Under the pieces are notes generated by a model. The model saw nothing but the letters and a program-made list of their open reading frames with translations. It had not been told where the DNA came from and did not search any database. From Balanoglossus misakiensis (taxonomy: Eukaryota; Animalia; Hemichordata), in NCBI GenBank assembly GCA_040954595.2, contig CM082588.2:11297398-11361397 (forward strand): DNA of 64,000 nt, given 5' to 3'. Within the stretch, counting starts at the first letter, position 1, and the number at the start of each line of letters is the position of its first letter. Of the stretch, positions 40,632 through 53,464 are shown in pieces. The position numbers and the translations under genes were made by a program.

Positions 40632-40959
40632 TGGAAAACACACAGCAAATGGACTCCTTTTTTTATCATCCTCACCAGGAATCGAACCAGGATCCCTTAT
40701 CACAAAGTGACAAGTGTGTTAACCATTACACCATGAGGATTGTTTTATCTCCACTAACTGCCAACACACTGTCCAATTGCACATTCACTCACTGACATAT
40801 TCAACACACCAGTTTTTTTATTTCAATAAAAATTCACAAATGCATGTGAGAAATAACAGAGAGTCAGAAATTGGCATCCACAGGAGTTACTGCATTGCTA
40901 TATGGTATTATAGAGCAGCCAATGCAGTCTAACACTTTTATTAGCTTATTAAAGGCAGA

Positions 40960-41250
40960 AAGTCTCTTTGCTGCTCTTTTTTAATAATTATGTGTGATAC
41001 AAGAGACTGTTAATGTGGATATATAGTGAATCAACGTTCGACCACACACAGCTTCCATCCCGTTTGTAGGATATGACAGTAAAAACTCGCCCAAAATGAA
41101 TAAATGGTAAAGACCAATTATTCATTTTGGCAAGATTTTTCACTCTCGTGACTACAAGCAGTGTGTGTTGTTGAATGTTGATTCACTATATATCCACATG
41201 TACATTAACATAAATGGTGTCTTGCATCAAACATAATTAATGGAAAAGGG
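40960..41250. mobile_element. Palindromic MITE; partial copies in introns at ~28870-29030 and ~31195-31335
   Basis: atgtggatatatagtgaatcaacg (41013) vs tgttgattcactatatatccacat (41176); the arm tcaaacataattaatggaaaa recurs in two introns. Confidence 0.7.
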
Positions 41251-42504
41251 TCCCTTTAATTTATATACTTATCAAATTGTAAGCTAACCAATATGGTTAG
41301 AAGTCCGATTTGCTTGGACGTGAACCAATATGATCTATCAAAATTTTCTGGTAAAAGTTTGAGTAACTATAACGTGTGCTTTCACCTTTTTTCATCATGT
41401 TGCTTGGGCCCTGACAATGCTGCTTTATAGCTACTACAGGATTAGATTACTTCCATTTGGCAGTAGCATATAAGTGTAATGGTGTAGAAAGTTTATCCTG
41501 TTTACTGGAAGAGGAATTGCAAGAGAAACCATGTGTTATAAAAAAAAATAGAAGATATTAAATAGCCTTAGTAAACATTTCCCAGAAACATTTCAATGAA
41601 CAGTTACCATAATGTACTTTACATTAGAGTCAGAGGTGACTAAAAGGCTAATATTGTCATTTGTGAAATGTACACAATTGTATTTATATTGTCGGTGAAC
41701 TGTTTAGCTGTGTTGTCAGTTATGTTGAGCTTATTAGATTGGGTGATTGTCTTATTGGGTGAGTGGTGTCACTGTCTGTCACTTTTCTTTACTGAAACCA
41801 CGGGGCCAATTACTTTGAAATTTAGTATGCAGGTTCCTAGGGTGAAGTTGGTAGAGTTTATGTAAATTGTGGTGAAATGTGTAATTTTTGATCAATTTTA
41901 GTTGTGTTTAGTTAAATTCTTTGTACAATTACTGTGAAATTTAGTGTGTAGGTCCTTGGGGTTGATTTTACTGGAATTTGCTCAATTTGTGACAGAATGT
42001 GGAATATGTTATTTCGGAAGCAATTGCTTGTTTGGTCTTTTTTATTTCATAAACCAGATACTGTGATTGTTTTTCTGTTCTTTTTTGTATGTGTGTCTAT
42101 TTTCACAATTGAAATAAATTAATATAAGGCTATATAAAATAAATTGGTGTTTTATGCTTTTTGTGTAAGTATGAATGTATGTATGTGTGTAAAAAGATTG
42201 ATATTGTTTGTATGGTTGATATCAGATATCATATGTCTTATAGTGAGAAAGAAACCACTACACAATCCCTAGTAGTATTTGTGGTAATATATCTGTTTTG
42301 AGAATATAGCCCATTAGTATATTGTAGTCTTTGTACAACTTTTCTTCAAAATGTGTTATATGAACAAATAAAATATGGCAAGAAGATGAATTGTTTCGAA
42401 GAATGAATCATAATAAACAGTAGAATTTGGTCAATTTTTGTTCAGGCATAAAGAAATAGCTTGTACATGAGCTTGCACGACGGTATTTGGTCAATACAGG
42501 GCGC

Positions 42505-42541
42505 ATGTATGTATGTATGTATGTATGTATGTATGTATGTA

Positions 42542-42610
<69 letters not shown>

Positions 42611-42613
42611 ATG

Positions 42614-42645
<32 letters not shown>

Positions 42646-42667
42646 CATGCATGCATGCATGTATGTA
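42505..42667 (+). repeat. (TATG)n(TG)n(TATG)n microsatellite
   Basis: Direct reading; flank 42660-42700 is the reverse complement of 40118-40157. Confidence 0.95.
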
Positions 42668-45349
42668 CCTATCTAACACACAACACACACTGTGTATATT
42701 TGTTGGGCATTTTGGTTTTCTACCACATATCTCAGTAGTTTCCATGCCATAGTGACTCTTCAGTTTTACATAATGATATCCAATATAACCCAATCTACTA
42801 TTAATGCGATTTTTTTTTCATTTTGATTGTGGAAATGGTTAAAAATGAAAAACATCCGAATTTGTACTTTAATAAATATAAGCTATATAGTATTTTAAAA
42901 TGGTCATAAATTTATGTTAACATGGCAAAACATGTTTTAGTGTTTATGTATACTTGTTTAATATAGAGAAATAATTGTACAAATAAAATGACAACTTACT
43001 TTTGCTTTTAAAAATAATTAAAAATGGTAATGTTTCTTGAGATATACCAGGGTTTCTAGAATATAGAGGGTGCTGGCACGGGAACATTTGATGGTTGTCC
43101 CCAATACAACATTCTGGTATCATGTTTTATCATCTGTGGACATTTGGCAGCGATATCCAACAGGATGTGCATAAAATCCCGAGAAGGTCTTCTCGTTGTA
43201 TTGCTTCTTGAGATATTGAAACTGTCTTGAATCCCAACGCGAATGTGATGGTGATGCGTATGTTGTTGCACGTAGTCACATCCGAAAACGAATCAAGTGC
43301 TCTTGTTGTTCAGCAGCTGAATATAGGTTAGTGGGATATGTGTATATTCTCGTGGTTATTTTTAAATGAGTATAAATGACAGAATCGGTGGTTTGAACGT
43401 GTAAGAGTTGATGGTATTGGTTATGTAGTTGTGTTTTATCCAATGGTAGTGTGATTTTAATTGTGTATGAGGCGATGGCAGTTTTGTCAGGCGTATTTTA
43501 TTTTCGTGTCGAGCGACATCCAATATGGCGGTTGTCGTTATATACTGAAAGGGTTTCGTTTGTATGCATGTTTTGGCAAATTGTATATATGTTAAGATGG
43601 TGAAGTTTGCTTGAAGGAATAGAAACATCAGAGGCTGGGTACATCGGAGTTTCTATTTCATTCCATACAAGTTGAAATTAAGCTTATTTTTGGAGTGTAT
43701 ACAGGTACATATGATTATTTAGAAACGGTTTTAGGCAAGCGAATCTGCTGAATTCGGGCGATCGGTCTTGTATCGTGTGTATGAAACGTACAAGCAGTGG
43801 TAGGATATTATTTTGGGATGTGTACTTCAATAGTTTCCATGTCTCTTATATGTATTTGTCAAAAAATAAACAGTAGTAAAAATGGATTGTATTTTCCATT
43901 ATTTTTTCTGTTAATATTGTATGTTTACATGACCAAAAGCCTTAAGGTTTTCATCGGAATTTATATCAGGGTAATCAATTTGTTTTTGATAATTATTTGC
44001 TTCAAATATGGAACAATCTGTGTGAGTACATAACAGAAACATTGCTAGATAATTTGACATTTGAATTGTTCGTAAGAATGTGAGGACAAGCATAGAATTG
44101 GCCAAATTATGCTGGTGACCACTCTGTTTAGTGTGTATGCTTTCTAGTCGTGACAGGCATGTTAAAAACATAGACAATGAAATCTGGTTGGAGCATGAAA
44201 AGTAGAGTTGACTTGTTAACATATTTTGATGCCATGAAACCATTTTGTGGACAGGACAATTTATGTGACCAAGAATTGATTTTCTGAATATCACAAGGTT
44301 GATAGTGAATTCATTGTAATTTGTTGTCCTGTTTAAGTAGTGGGGTTATTGTAAAAAAATCATCATTCGCTATCTTGTACTTGGAGTGATGTCATCTCGA
44401 CATTGATACATTATGGCTATTGAGAGGTGTGTGTTATGCAGGCAAGTGTATATCTTGATGTACTTGTTTAAATACACAATTATACTTAATGATTTAATTT
44501 AAAAGTTTTGTTTATTTTCTTGACAGTTTTGGCTACCAAAGAGTTCTCAAGGTGAGTGTTGGTGTACATCAGTGCAAAGTATCATGTACAAACTAAGAGA
44601 TCAACACACTCAAATGTGTATTGTGTCGTGTACGAATTAGTTTCGTAAATCATTTGTAGATAACGTGTTTAGTTTTGTGGTAAGTGACACTGAGGTTTCA
44701 GATCGGATAGGATGATTGTCCAGTGCCATGCATTGTGTGTTAACATGTGAAAGCACTAGCCTAATTTGTTTGAAATTTGGTATTCAGGGATGATGTAAGA
44801 AAAAATAATTTTAACAGTTCATAGAATCAGTGTTTATTAATACTTCAAAAAGGTATGTGACTTGAATGTGTGCAGTACATCATTGTGCTATGTGGTGTTA
44901 ACACCATTGAATAGTGCCATTACTTACAGCAATCTTACAGCAATGGCTTCAGTAAAACATTGAGTATGATTTGTGTGATTCCTGATACCCCTGTCTTGTC
45001 ATTTGTGATGTTTTACTGTGTACTTTTTGAAATAAAGAAACTGGTGTGTTAGTTGAATATGTCAGTGAGTGAATGTGCAATTGGACAGTGTGTTGGCAGT
45101 TAGTGGAGATAAAAAATCCTCATGGTGTAATGGTTAACACACTTGTCACTTTGTGATAAGAGATCCAGGTTCGATAACTGGTGGGGATGATGAAAAAAAG
45201 AGTCCATTAGCTGTGTGCTTGAGTATGAGTGTAATATATGTATGTACGTATTTATGCATGTATGTAGCCAGCAAACACACAAAACATATTGTGTATATTC
45301 AATTCCATACAGTGTTTGATAATAAATATGTTGCTGTTTTACAATTTGG

Positions 45350-47020
45350 CATTCACTGCTGATAATTAGGTTTCCATAGATACAAGCGGAATGCAATAGA
45401 AGAGGGATAACCATATACATGTATAGAAAAGGTAGGTTACCCCTTCCCCAATCATCCAAATACTACCACAGAGGGTGCTATACTATATGACCATCAACTG
45501 AGTATCATTCAAATACTCTGTGCACAGTGGGTAAACACACATTTGGTTTTTTAGGAGACTTTCATCAGTTGTAGTAAAATACAACGTGACTACACTATAT
45601 ACACCAATGAGAATGGCCATGTAATTCAGAGAGTGCTTGATATTAAAACTGTTTCATAGTTGTGGCCTTTACTGCTGATAATTAGTATACCATAGATACA
45701 AGCCCAATGCAACATGACAGGGATAAACATATGCAAAGACAAGATTAAACCCCACCTCCATAATCAAAATACTACCACAGAGGGCGCTATACTATATGAC
45801 CATCAACTGAGTATCATTCAAATACTCTGTGCACAGTGGGTAAAGACTTATTTGTTTTTTTAGGAGACTTTCATCAGTTGCAGTAAAATACAACGTGACT
45901 ACACTATATACACCAATGAGAATGGCCATGTAATTCAGAGAGTGCTTGATATTAAAACTGTTTCATAGTTGTGGCCTTTACTGCTGATAATTAGGTTACC
46001 ATAGATACAAGCCCAATGCAACATGACAGGGATAAACATATGCAAAGACAAGATTAAACCCCACCTCCATAATCAAAATACTACCACAGAGGGCGCTATA
46101 CTATATGACCATCAACTGAGTATCATTCAAATACTCTGTGCACAGTGGGTAAAGACACATTTGGTTTTTTAGGAGACTTTCATCAGTTGTAATAAAATAC
46201 AACGTGACTACACTATATACACCAATGAGAATGGCCATGTAATTCAGAGAGTGCTTGATATTAAAACTGTTTCATAGTTGTGGCCTTTACTGCTGATAAT
46301 TAGGTTACCATAGATACAAGCCCAATGCAACATGACAGGGATAAACATATGCAAAGACAAGATTTAACCCCACCTCCATAATCAAAATACTACCACAGAG
46401 GGCGCTATACTATATGACCATCAACTGAGTATCATTCAAATACTCTGTGCACAGTGGGTAAAGACACATTTGGTTTTTTAGGAGACTTTCATCAGTTGTA
46501 GTAAAATACAACGTGACTACACTATATACACCAATGAGAATGGCCATGTAATTCAGAGAGTGCTTGATATTAAAACTGTTTCATAGTTGTGGCCTTTACT
46601 GCTGATAATTAGGTTACCATAGATACAAGCCCAATGCAACATGACAGGGATAAACATATGCGAAGACAAGATTTAACCCAACCTCCATAATAAAAATACT
46701 ACCACAGAGGGCGCTATACTATATGACCATCAACTGAGTATCATTCAAATACTCTGTGCACAGTGGGTAAAGACACATTTGGTTTTTTAGGAGACTTTCA
46801 CCAGTTGCAGTAAAATACAACGTGACTACACTATATGCACCAATGAGAATGGCCGTGTAATTCAGAGTGCTTGATATTAAAACTGTTTCAAAGCTGTGGC
46901 CTTTACTGCTGATAATTAGGTTACCATAGATACAAGTGGAATGGAACCGGACAGGGATAAACATACAAAGGCTAGGTTAACCCCCCCCCCAAATACTACC
47001 ACAGAGGGCGCTATACTGAT
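45350..47020 (+). repeat. 309 bp tandem repeat, ~5 copies
   Basis: tactaccacagaggg at 45461, 45770, 46079, 46388, 46697 and 46994. Confidence 0.95.
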
Positions 47021-47423
47021 CATCAAGTCTGTACCATTGAAATCAATCTGTGCAGAGTGGGTAAATTAGGCATTTGGTTCTTCAGATTTTTATAAGTTGC
47101 ATTAAAATGCTATGTGGCCCACTACAAGGACAAATAAGTCAAAAATGGCAAATTTGACGTTTACTTTGAGGTTGGCATGGGGCAAACGAGACAATACAAG
47201 AACACTGAAACTCAATTAGTGAAACACTAAAGTTGTACTTTATTTCTCTAACAAACTTAGAGAAAATTTACATGGCCATCTTTTTACTCAGAGACCTGAT
47301 GTTGAATAGAAATGTGGTAGTGCAGGTCCACATGAGTGCCGTGTACTAGCCTCTCTCTCTGCAAATCCATCCACAACTTGCATGCAGATAGTGGGAGTCT
47401 GATGTAAGCAACTACTGCAGTTA

Positions 47424-48409
47424 CAGTCAGGACGTAAGTGGGATAATTAAACAGCAGGGGATCATGCAATGCAAACACTTGAACTGGCCAGTAACGTTTG
47501 AATTGCTCATTTGCATACAGTTTTTCAACTTTTTTCACAACGAAAGTTAAGCAACTAGCAACCCATTTCTGACAATTATTTCACCCCAGGCACATTACTG
47601 GTACTATGAGTGTACTACATGTGATTTTTCATGAAGTTTTATCGAGAAGAATTTCTTTACTTCCACTGACAAAATTGTGATCACGAAATTCAAAGTGACC
47701 TTGAAGTTACAAAAAAAAAATATCAGCCATACCCACACAAAAATTAACCCCCTCAGGTTTTAGAAACATTATTAAACTCCTCTATTCATAATTTTGACAT
47801 GAATATATCCATGCCGAGAGTCAAGGACCACAATTTACTGTGCCATAGGTCAGTCCTGAGAAGTCAGTCAGCGTGAATAGTGTATAGACTCCGTATGTAA
47901 TATGCTAATGAGAGATAACGACGCGTTGAAAAGGAAGCCATTACGTCATGGGTTAACATGCTTTGACCTACTTCAATGCATACACATATGGCAAACACGG
48001 CTGTACTCGTCGATGGCGAAGGCAATTTTTACACCGTCATTACTCCACAACGGAGCGGCTCACACTATTATAATTTCACGGTAACTTAGTTCAATATCTT
48101 CCTAACCTACCCAATTTTTTTCAAGACAAGAAATCTTTGCCGAGAGTCAAGGACCACAATTTAAACCAACATACCGAAACTGTCTTTCTCGGGAAAGCGT
48201 CGTTAAAACTTCACGAAAAATCATCCTATCATTGACTATGGTGTTTCATACACGTCTTAGAAAAATGGGTGCACTACGATCACTTGTAGTACCGAAAATC
48301 TCCGTTTGAAAATTTTTCGAACTGGCCGTAACTGCCACTCAGCGACTTTCACATTCAAATAGATCTCTTTGATCTCACCGCCGTAATTACCCCACTTACG
48401 TCCTGACTG
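47424..48409. mobile_element. 986 bp non-autonomous DNA transposon, 26 bp TIR, 4 bp TSD (GTTA)
   Basis: GTTA|cagtcaggacgtaagtgggataatta ... taattaccccacttacgtcctgactg|GTTA; empty site ctgcagttaatat at 38881-38893. Confidence 0.9.
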
Positions 48410-49309
48410 GTTAATACTTACAAAGTGTATTACCTCCAACACCCCATGGACGGTATCATGTCATCACCAGTAGCTATAGGTTCTTTTAACACCTTGAGAG
48501 AAAAAAATGGATTGTTACTGATAGATTACAAAGCACTGACAATACAAGAGGGGGAGGGGTAAGGTTTGTTGAGAGCAGTTGTTTTTTGCTAAACATTAGT
48601 GAAAATATTATTGACATGTAGGATTTCAATTTTATGATGTAAGAGTATTTTATAATATCTCACCGGGACTTCAGTTGTCGCTGTAGTATTTAACCCAAGT
48701 TTAACTGTGCCACCCACGTCCATGCATGGCAAGGTTTTCTCTCCCAAAAGTTTCAGTTTGGTATCCCAGTTACCATCAGTTGCACTTACTCCACGCCTTC
48801 TAAGTTGAATGCGATTTACCATCACAGGATTCATACTGTGGTGCAAAGACAATTAAAAACATCGATTGTAAATCATTTAGTAGTGATACCATTGTGACCA
48901 AACCTTGTTTTAAAATACATGTAATCTGTACTCGAAACTATCATTTTTTTTCTTTCTAGAATATTAGAACGCGCTCAAAAAGAAAAATGCGACCTGTAAG
49001 CGAGTGCCGCGTTTCAATTGGCACTGACGATAAACACCGCCACTCGGAGATAAAATCAACGTTTTTTTTTATAATGCAAGTGAACGCATGGAGGCGGCCA
49101 TATTGAATTTAGGTTACATCCCAAGACATTCCGACTGGGCTTCAGGTGGATTCGGGAAAGGTCTCTAAAACATAATTGGTCATCCAATTTTGTATACTAA
49201 ATTTCTAAAAATGTAGGACATGGGAGGTTAACATACCCACAAGGACTACAGGGCCCAGGCGTTTCGGGGTGCGATTGTTACGTACCTTAGCTCCATCATC
49301 TGCAACCAT

Positions 49310-49548
49310 GCAGCCAAGGCGTGGCAGTGAAATTGTGCCTCATTGAGGATACAGTCTAGATCCGGAATTCAGCCAACGGCAAACTGTTTAGCGTGCCTTG
49401 TATGCAGCAGGATGGCAACGTTCTGGAACTTAAATTCTGGAAAGAAAATCCGAAATAGCTGAACAGATAACAGAAGAGAGAATACATACAGCTCCGCAAC
49501 TTTTCCACTGGAAGATATAATACCATTTGCCTCTATGATAGAGCAAAG
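49310..49548 (+). pseudogene. Decayed copy of OB-fold exon A
   Basis: Same sequence as 52585-52820 with indels and TGG>TAG; ends AAG/gtatgt. Confidence 0.75.
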
Positions 49549-49977
49549 GTATGTTATAATCGCACCCCGAAACTTATGGGCCTTTTTTTTGCCGTAGTCA
49601 TTTCGGGTATCTTAACCTCCCATCTTCTACATTTTTAGAAATTTACTCTACAAAATTGAATGACCCATTACATTTTAAACACCTTTCCCGAATTCAACCG
49701 ACGCCTAATCGGAAGGTCTTCGGATGTAATCCAATATGGCAGCCTCCATGCGATCACGTACATTGAAAATCCATTGATTTCATCGCCGATTACCGATGTT
49801 TATCGTCAATACCGATTCAAACGCGGCACTCGTTTACAAGTCGCATTTATTTTTGATCGCGTTCCAATATTTTAAACAAACTAGATTACTGATAAAAATG
49901 CTCAAAATTTTTCCTCCAAATGCCACCTTTACGGATTCAGTCACACAACTTACAGACTACGCCAAACTTTTTTCCAG

Positions 49978-50118
49978 ATCATACCTTGCGGGCGAAAAGC
50001 GATGGATATACCTGAAAAATTGGTAACAGAATTTTATCATCCGCCACAAATAATGATATCAGAAGTCGAGATATCTCCACAGAAGAAGAGGGTGTGCGTT
50101 GTAGGAAAAGTCCATGAT
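49978..50118 (+). CDS. OB-fold gene exon B (inter-OB linker plus first strand of OB2)
   Basis: ttttccag/IIPCGRKAMDIPEKLVTEFYHPPQIMISEVEISPQKKRVCVVGKVHD/gtgagt; 141 nt, phase 0-0, open; absent from the ORF track. Confidence 0.7.
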
Positions 50119-52114
50119 GTGAGTACTGTCAAATGTTGCACAAATAGCCGTTAAACCTGAAATATAGATTGAAAGTGGATATTGTTTTACACAATTTTTG
50201 AACATTGAAGTAAAGTATTAGAATGATGGAATCCGATAAAAAAAGTGAGTTGGTAATTTCGGCATCCGACTTCGTTATTAAAAATGGAAAGGTTTGCGAT
50301 TCGGTTCAAGTAGTATTTGCAAGTTTGAAAGGAAATATTTCATTGAAGTACAGTGGCAACTACTGCATTATTGAGAATCTTTGAAATGTTGATGAACGGA
50401 GACTTATAATAGAATAAATAAAAACCTACCTTTAACGGTGTTAGGGTTACTACACCTGACAGACCGCTGGTCTGCGTCCGACCGATTCTGAGCTCCTAGC
50501 TCTTGTGGAGACATGCGGAGGTACAGCGGGTTAACGGTTAGGAAGTGTTGATGAAAGGAATGATTAATTACATAGGCCAATCAGGATCCTGGAGTTAGAT
50601 ATTCGAGTGAAATGGTGGAAAAACGGGAATGCCGATTGGTTCAATTTAACCGGAGGGAAATTGCTACATTATATGACGTCAGTTGCGAACGATAATGCAT
50701 ATATTAAGCTAAGGTTGAATCCGGTTTTTCCATCAAGCACAACCATATTTCAGTCATATAAAAAACGAAGAAAATAACACTAAAAAAATATTTCCTTTTT
50801 AAAAACTTCACTATAGCATTATTATAATGATGTACGTCGTACATAAAATGATACACGTGACATCTTCTTGTTCAGAGTTTTAAAACAGGTAGAGAATGCC
50901 CATGGGTAACCCGAAAACACACAAACCGGGTAAAAAATGAAAGTCCTGCGAAGGCCAGGAGTATACACTGAAAAATTACAATAAATCTAGTACAAAAGTT
51001 TGTATCCTCACGAATAATTAACTCTGATTGCATAAGTTTATTTCCGTCTCATTACCTTCTGAAAGCAAATCACTCACTTGCCGGTAAAAGTTGAGTAAAA
51101 TACTACATCTAAACTGCATAGCGATGGCGGCCCATAAAAATAATTGCCCAGTGTCCCACTCGCAATGCACAACTTTTTAGGCCAAGTGCTAATGATATTC
51201 GAATTTTCGAAGGTTACGCAATATACACATACATGTATAAATATTAATTTATGAACAATTTCCAGTGTTCACGCTGGGATTTCTTTCGTTCTAGTTTACT
51301 CGTTATATAATGTACCAATTCCCTCCGGTAAGTTGAGCCGATTCCCATCACTTTGAGCCAATCGATATTCATGGTTTTTCAGCATTTCAGTCGACTATAT
51401 TTACACCTGTTGCATGTCTTTGCAGTTTTTGACTTGACGCTTACAACCGAGTCGCACCGCACGCAGTACTATCTTGTTGTCTTCATGTTTAGTTGTTGTT
51501 TTGCGCACACTATTTGCACAAAAATATCTGCTCGTTTTGTTATCAACGATCGAGTATATGTTAGGAAGTCCGACATAGAGAACTTTGTTCTAAATATTCA
51601 ATGCCCCACAAATGATATACTAGACTGCTCGACACAACACACCCCAGCCATACTCCATTAGTACACGCCACAAACACCGTATTTATACAGCCTGAGGGAT
51701 TTCAGCTTCGAACTTATTGCCCAATCATATTCGACTATTTCCAACCAATCCCCTTCTGACTAATTGACCAATCACACGCTTCGAGCATAATTTCCAAAAA
51801 AGGGAAAACTAACGAATTTGCTACATCTTTCCGGTTTCATCTTCAACAGTTTCTAACATTTTTTTGGACCCCCCCCCCCCTCGATAAACACCCATACTCA
51901 AAGGGTAACTTCATTTAATTGTCAGTAAATAAAATCAATTCACAGTCTTATTACATGTACTATTTATAATATACTCAAATTTCCACTACAAAATATCTGT
52001 ATATGTGCGTTAAATTCTGAAATCTTTCCACCCAAACCTCTAGTTATGCAAATTTAAATTGCTGTCTGTTGCGTTCGCCTACGGTTTCTCATTTTCGGAC
52101 ATTCGAATCTAACT

Positions 52115-52131
52115 CCTGATTGGCCTATAAA
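52115..52131 (+). promoter_or_regulatory. Putative promoter (inverted CCAAT plus TATA-like) of the OB-fold gene
   Basis: ctgattggcctataaa upstream of a likely non-coding exon ending aag/gtaggt (52265/52266); mirrored as ataggccaatcag at ~50572. Confidence 0.35.
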
Positions 52132-52550
52132 CTTATTTCTTTCATCAACACTTTCTAACCGTTAACCCGCTGTACCTCCGCATGTCTCCACAAGAGCTAG
52201 GAGCTCAGAATCGGATGAACGAGACAAGCGGTCTCTCACGTTTAGTAACCGTAACGCCGTTAAAGGTAGGTTTTCATTGATTCTAATAAGTCTCCGTTCA
52301 ACAACATTTCAAAGATTCTCCATAACCCAGTAGTTGCCACTGTGCTTCAATGAAATATTTCCTTTCAAACTTGCAAATGGTAACCGAATCTCAAATCGCA
52401 AATCTTTCCATTTTTAATAACGAAGTCGGATGCCGCAATCACCAACTCACTTTTTTATCGGACTCCATCATTCTAATACTTTACTTCAATGTTCAAAAAT
52501 TGTGTAAAACAATACCCACTCTCAATCTATATTTCAGGTTTAACGGCGTT

Positions 52551-52820
52551 ATGGCATCCCCGGCTCCCGGTCCCTCACCCCTAACCAGCCAAGGCGTGGC
52601 ACTGAAATTGCGCCTCATGGAGGATGTCGAGATCCGGAATTCCGCCAACGGGAAACTGTTTAGCGTGCCTTGTATGCAGCAGGATGGCAACGTTCTGGAA
52701 CTTAAATTCTGGAAAGAAAATCCGAAGTGGCTGAACAGATTACAGAAGGGAGAATACGTACAGCTCCGCAACTTTTCCACTGGAAGAGATAATACCATTT
52801 GCCTCTATGATAGAGCAAAG
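52551..52820 (+). CDS. OB-fold gene exon A (first coding exon, OB1)
   Basis: atttcag acceptor at 52537, ATG at 52551, 90 open codons MASPAPGPSP..LELKFWKE..LQKGEYVQLRNF..ICLYDRAK, then gtacgt; beta-strand pattern typical of OB folds. Confidence 0.65.
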
Positions 52821-53237
52821 GTACGTTATAATCGCACCCCGAAACTTATGGGCCTGACTTTTTTTTTGCCGTAGTCATTTTGGGTATCTTAACCTCCCAT
52901 CTTCTACATTTTTAGAAATTTACTCTACAAAATTGAATGACCCATTACATTTTAGAGACCTTTCCCGAATTCAACCGAAGCCCAATGGGAAGGTCTTCGG
53001 ATGTAATCCAATATGGCAGCCTCCATGCGATCACGTACATTGAAAATCCATTTATATGATACAACCATGCCTTGTCAACTCACCTCGGGTCAAAATTACT
53101 GCCATCGATTCATCATTTTGCAGTTCAAATTTTAAAAAGCAACTGACAAAAAACAACCACTCTTGCACTATTTCTCCACAACATTTACTACTCGTAATTA
53201 TTAACATTCAATGTTTTCCATTTTATTTCCACTACAG

Positions 53238-53444
53238 TATGAATCAGTGACACATACATCGAATTCTACAAAGAGACGTAAACTGACCATAACTGATGGC
53301 ACAAGAGATGCTGAAGTCAACCTTTGGGGTGAGAAAACAGCGCTGCCACTGGATGTAGGTGCCACAGTTAAACTAGGCCCATTGGTTATCAACAGATATA
53401 AAACATCGTCCACATTAAATACAACAGCGACAACTGAAGTGGAG
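53238..53444 (+). CDS. OB-fold gene exon C (OB2 core)
   Basis: ctacag/YESVTHTSNSTKRRKLTITDGTRDAEVNLWGEKTALPLDVGATVKLGPLVINRYKTSSTLNTTATTEVE/gtgaga; the R.lti.D.T....v.LWGE motif is characteristic of RPA/SSB-type OB folds. Confidence 0.75.
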
Positions 53445-53464
53445 GTGAGACATAAAATACTGTT

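Larger units (their letters stand above)
37092..40950 (+). repeat. Left arm of inverted repeat F
   Basis: Inverted matches: 37092-37480/50150-50540, 37495-38360/48660-49550, 39118-39570/46870-47305, 40630-40950/44890-45230. The block 38365-39115 is instead direct relative to 47310-48645. Confidence 0.85.
44890..50540 (-). repeat. Right arm of inverted repeat F
   Basis: See 37092-40950. Longer because of the 309 bp array, a MITE and the 49550-50150 block. Confidence 0.85.

Noticed and set aside
39984-40795. Long ORFs of HTYI/MYVC repeats (also 10327-10680 and 42408-42793)
   Set aside because: Translations of stop-free tetranucleotide microsatellites
43050-43330. Possible minus-strand exon in the core of palindrome F
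   Set aside because: No recognisable protein motif in any frame and several stops
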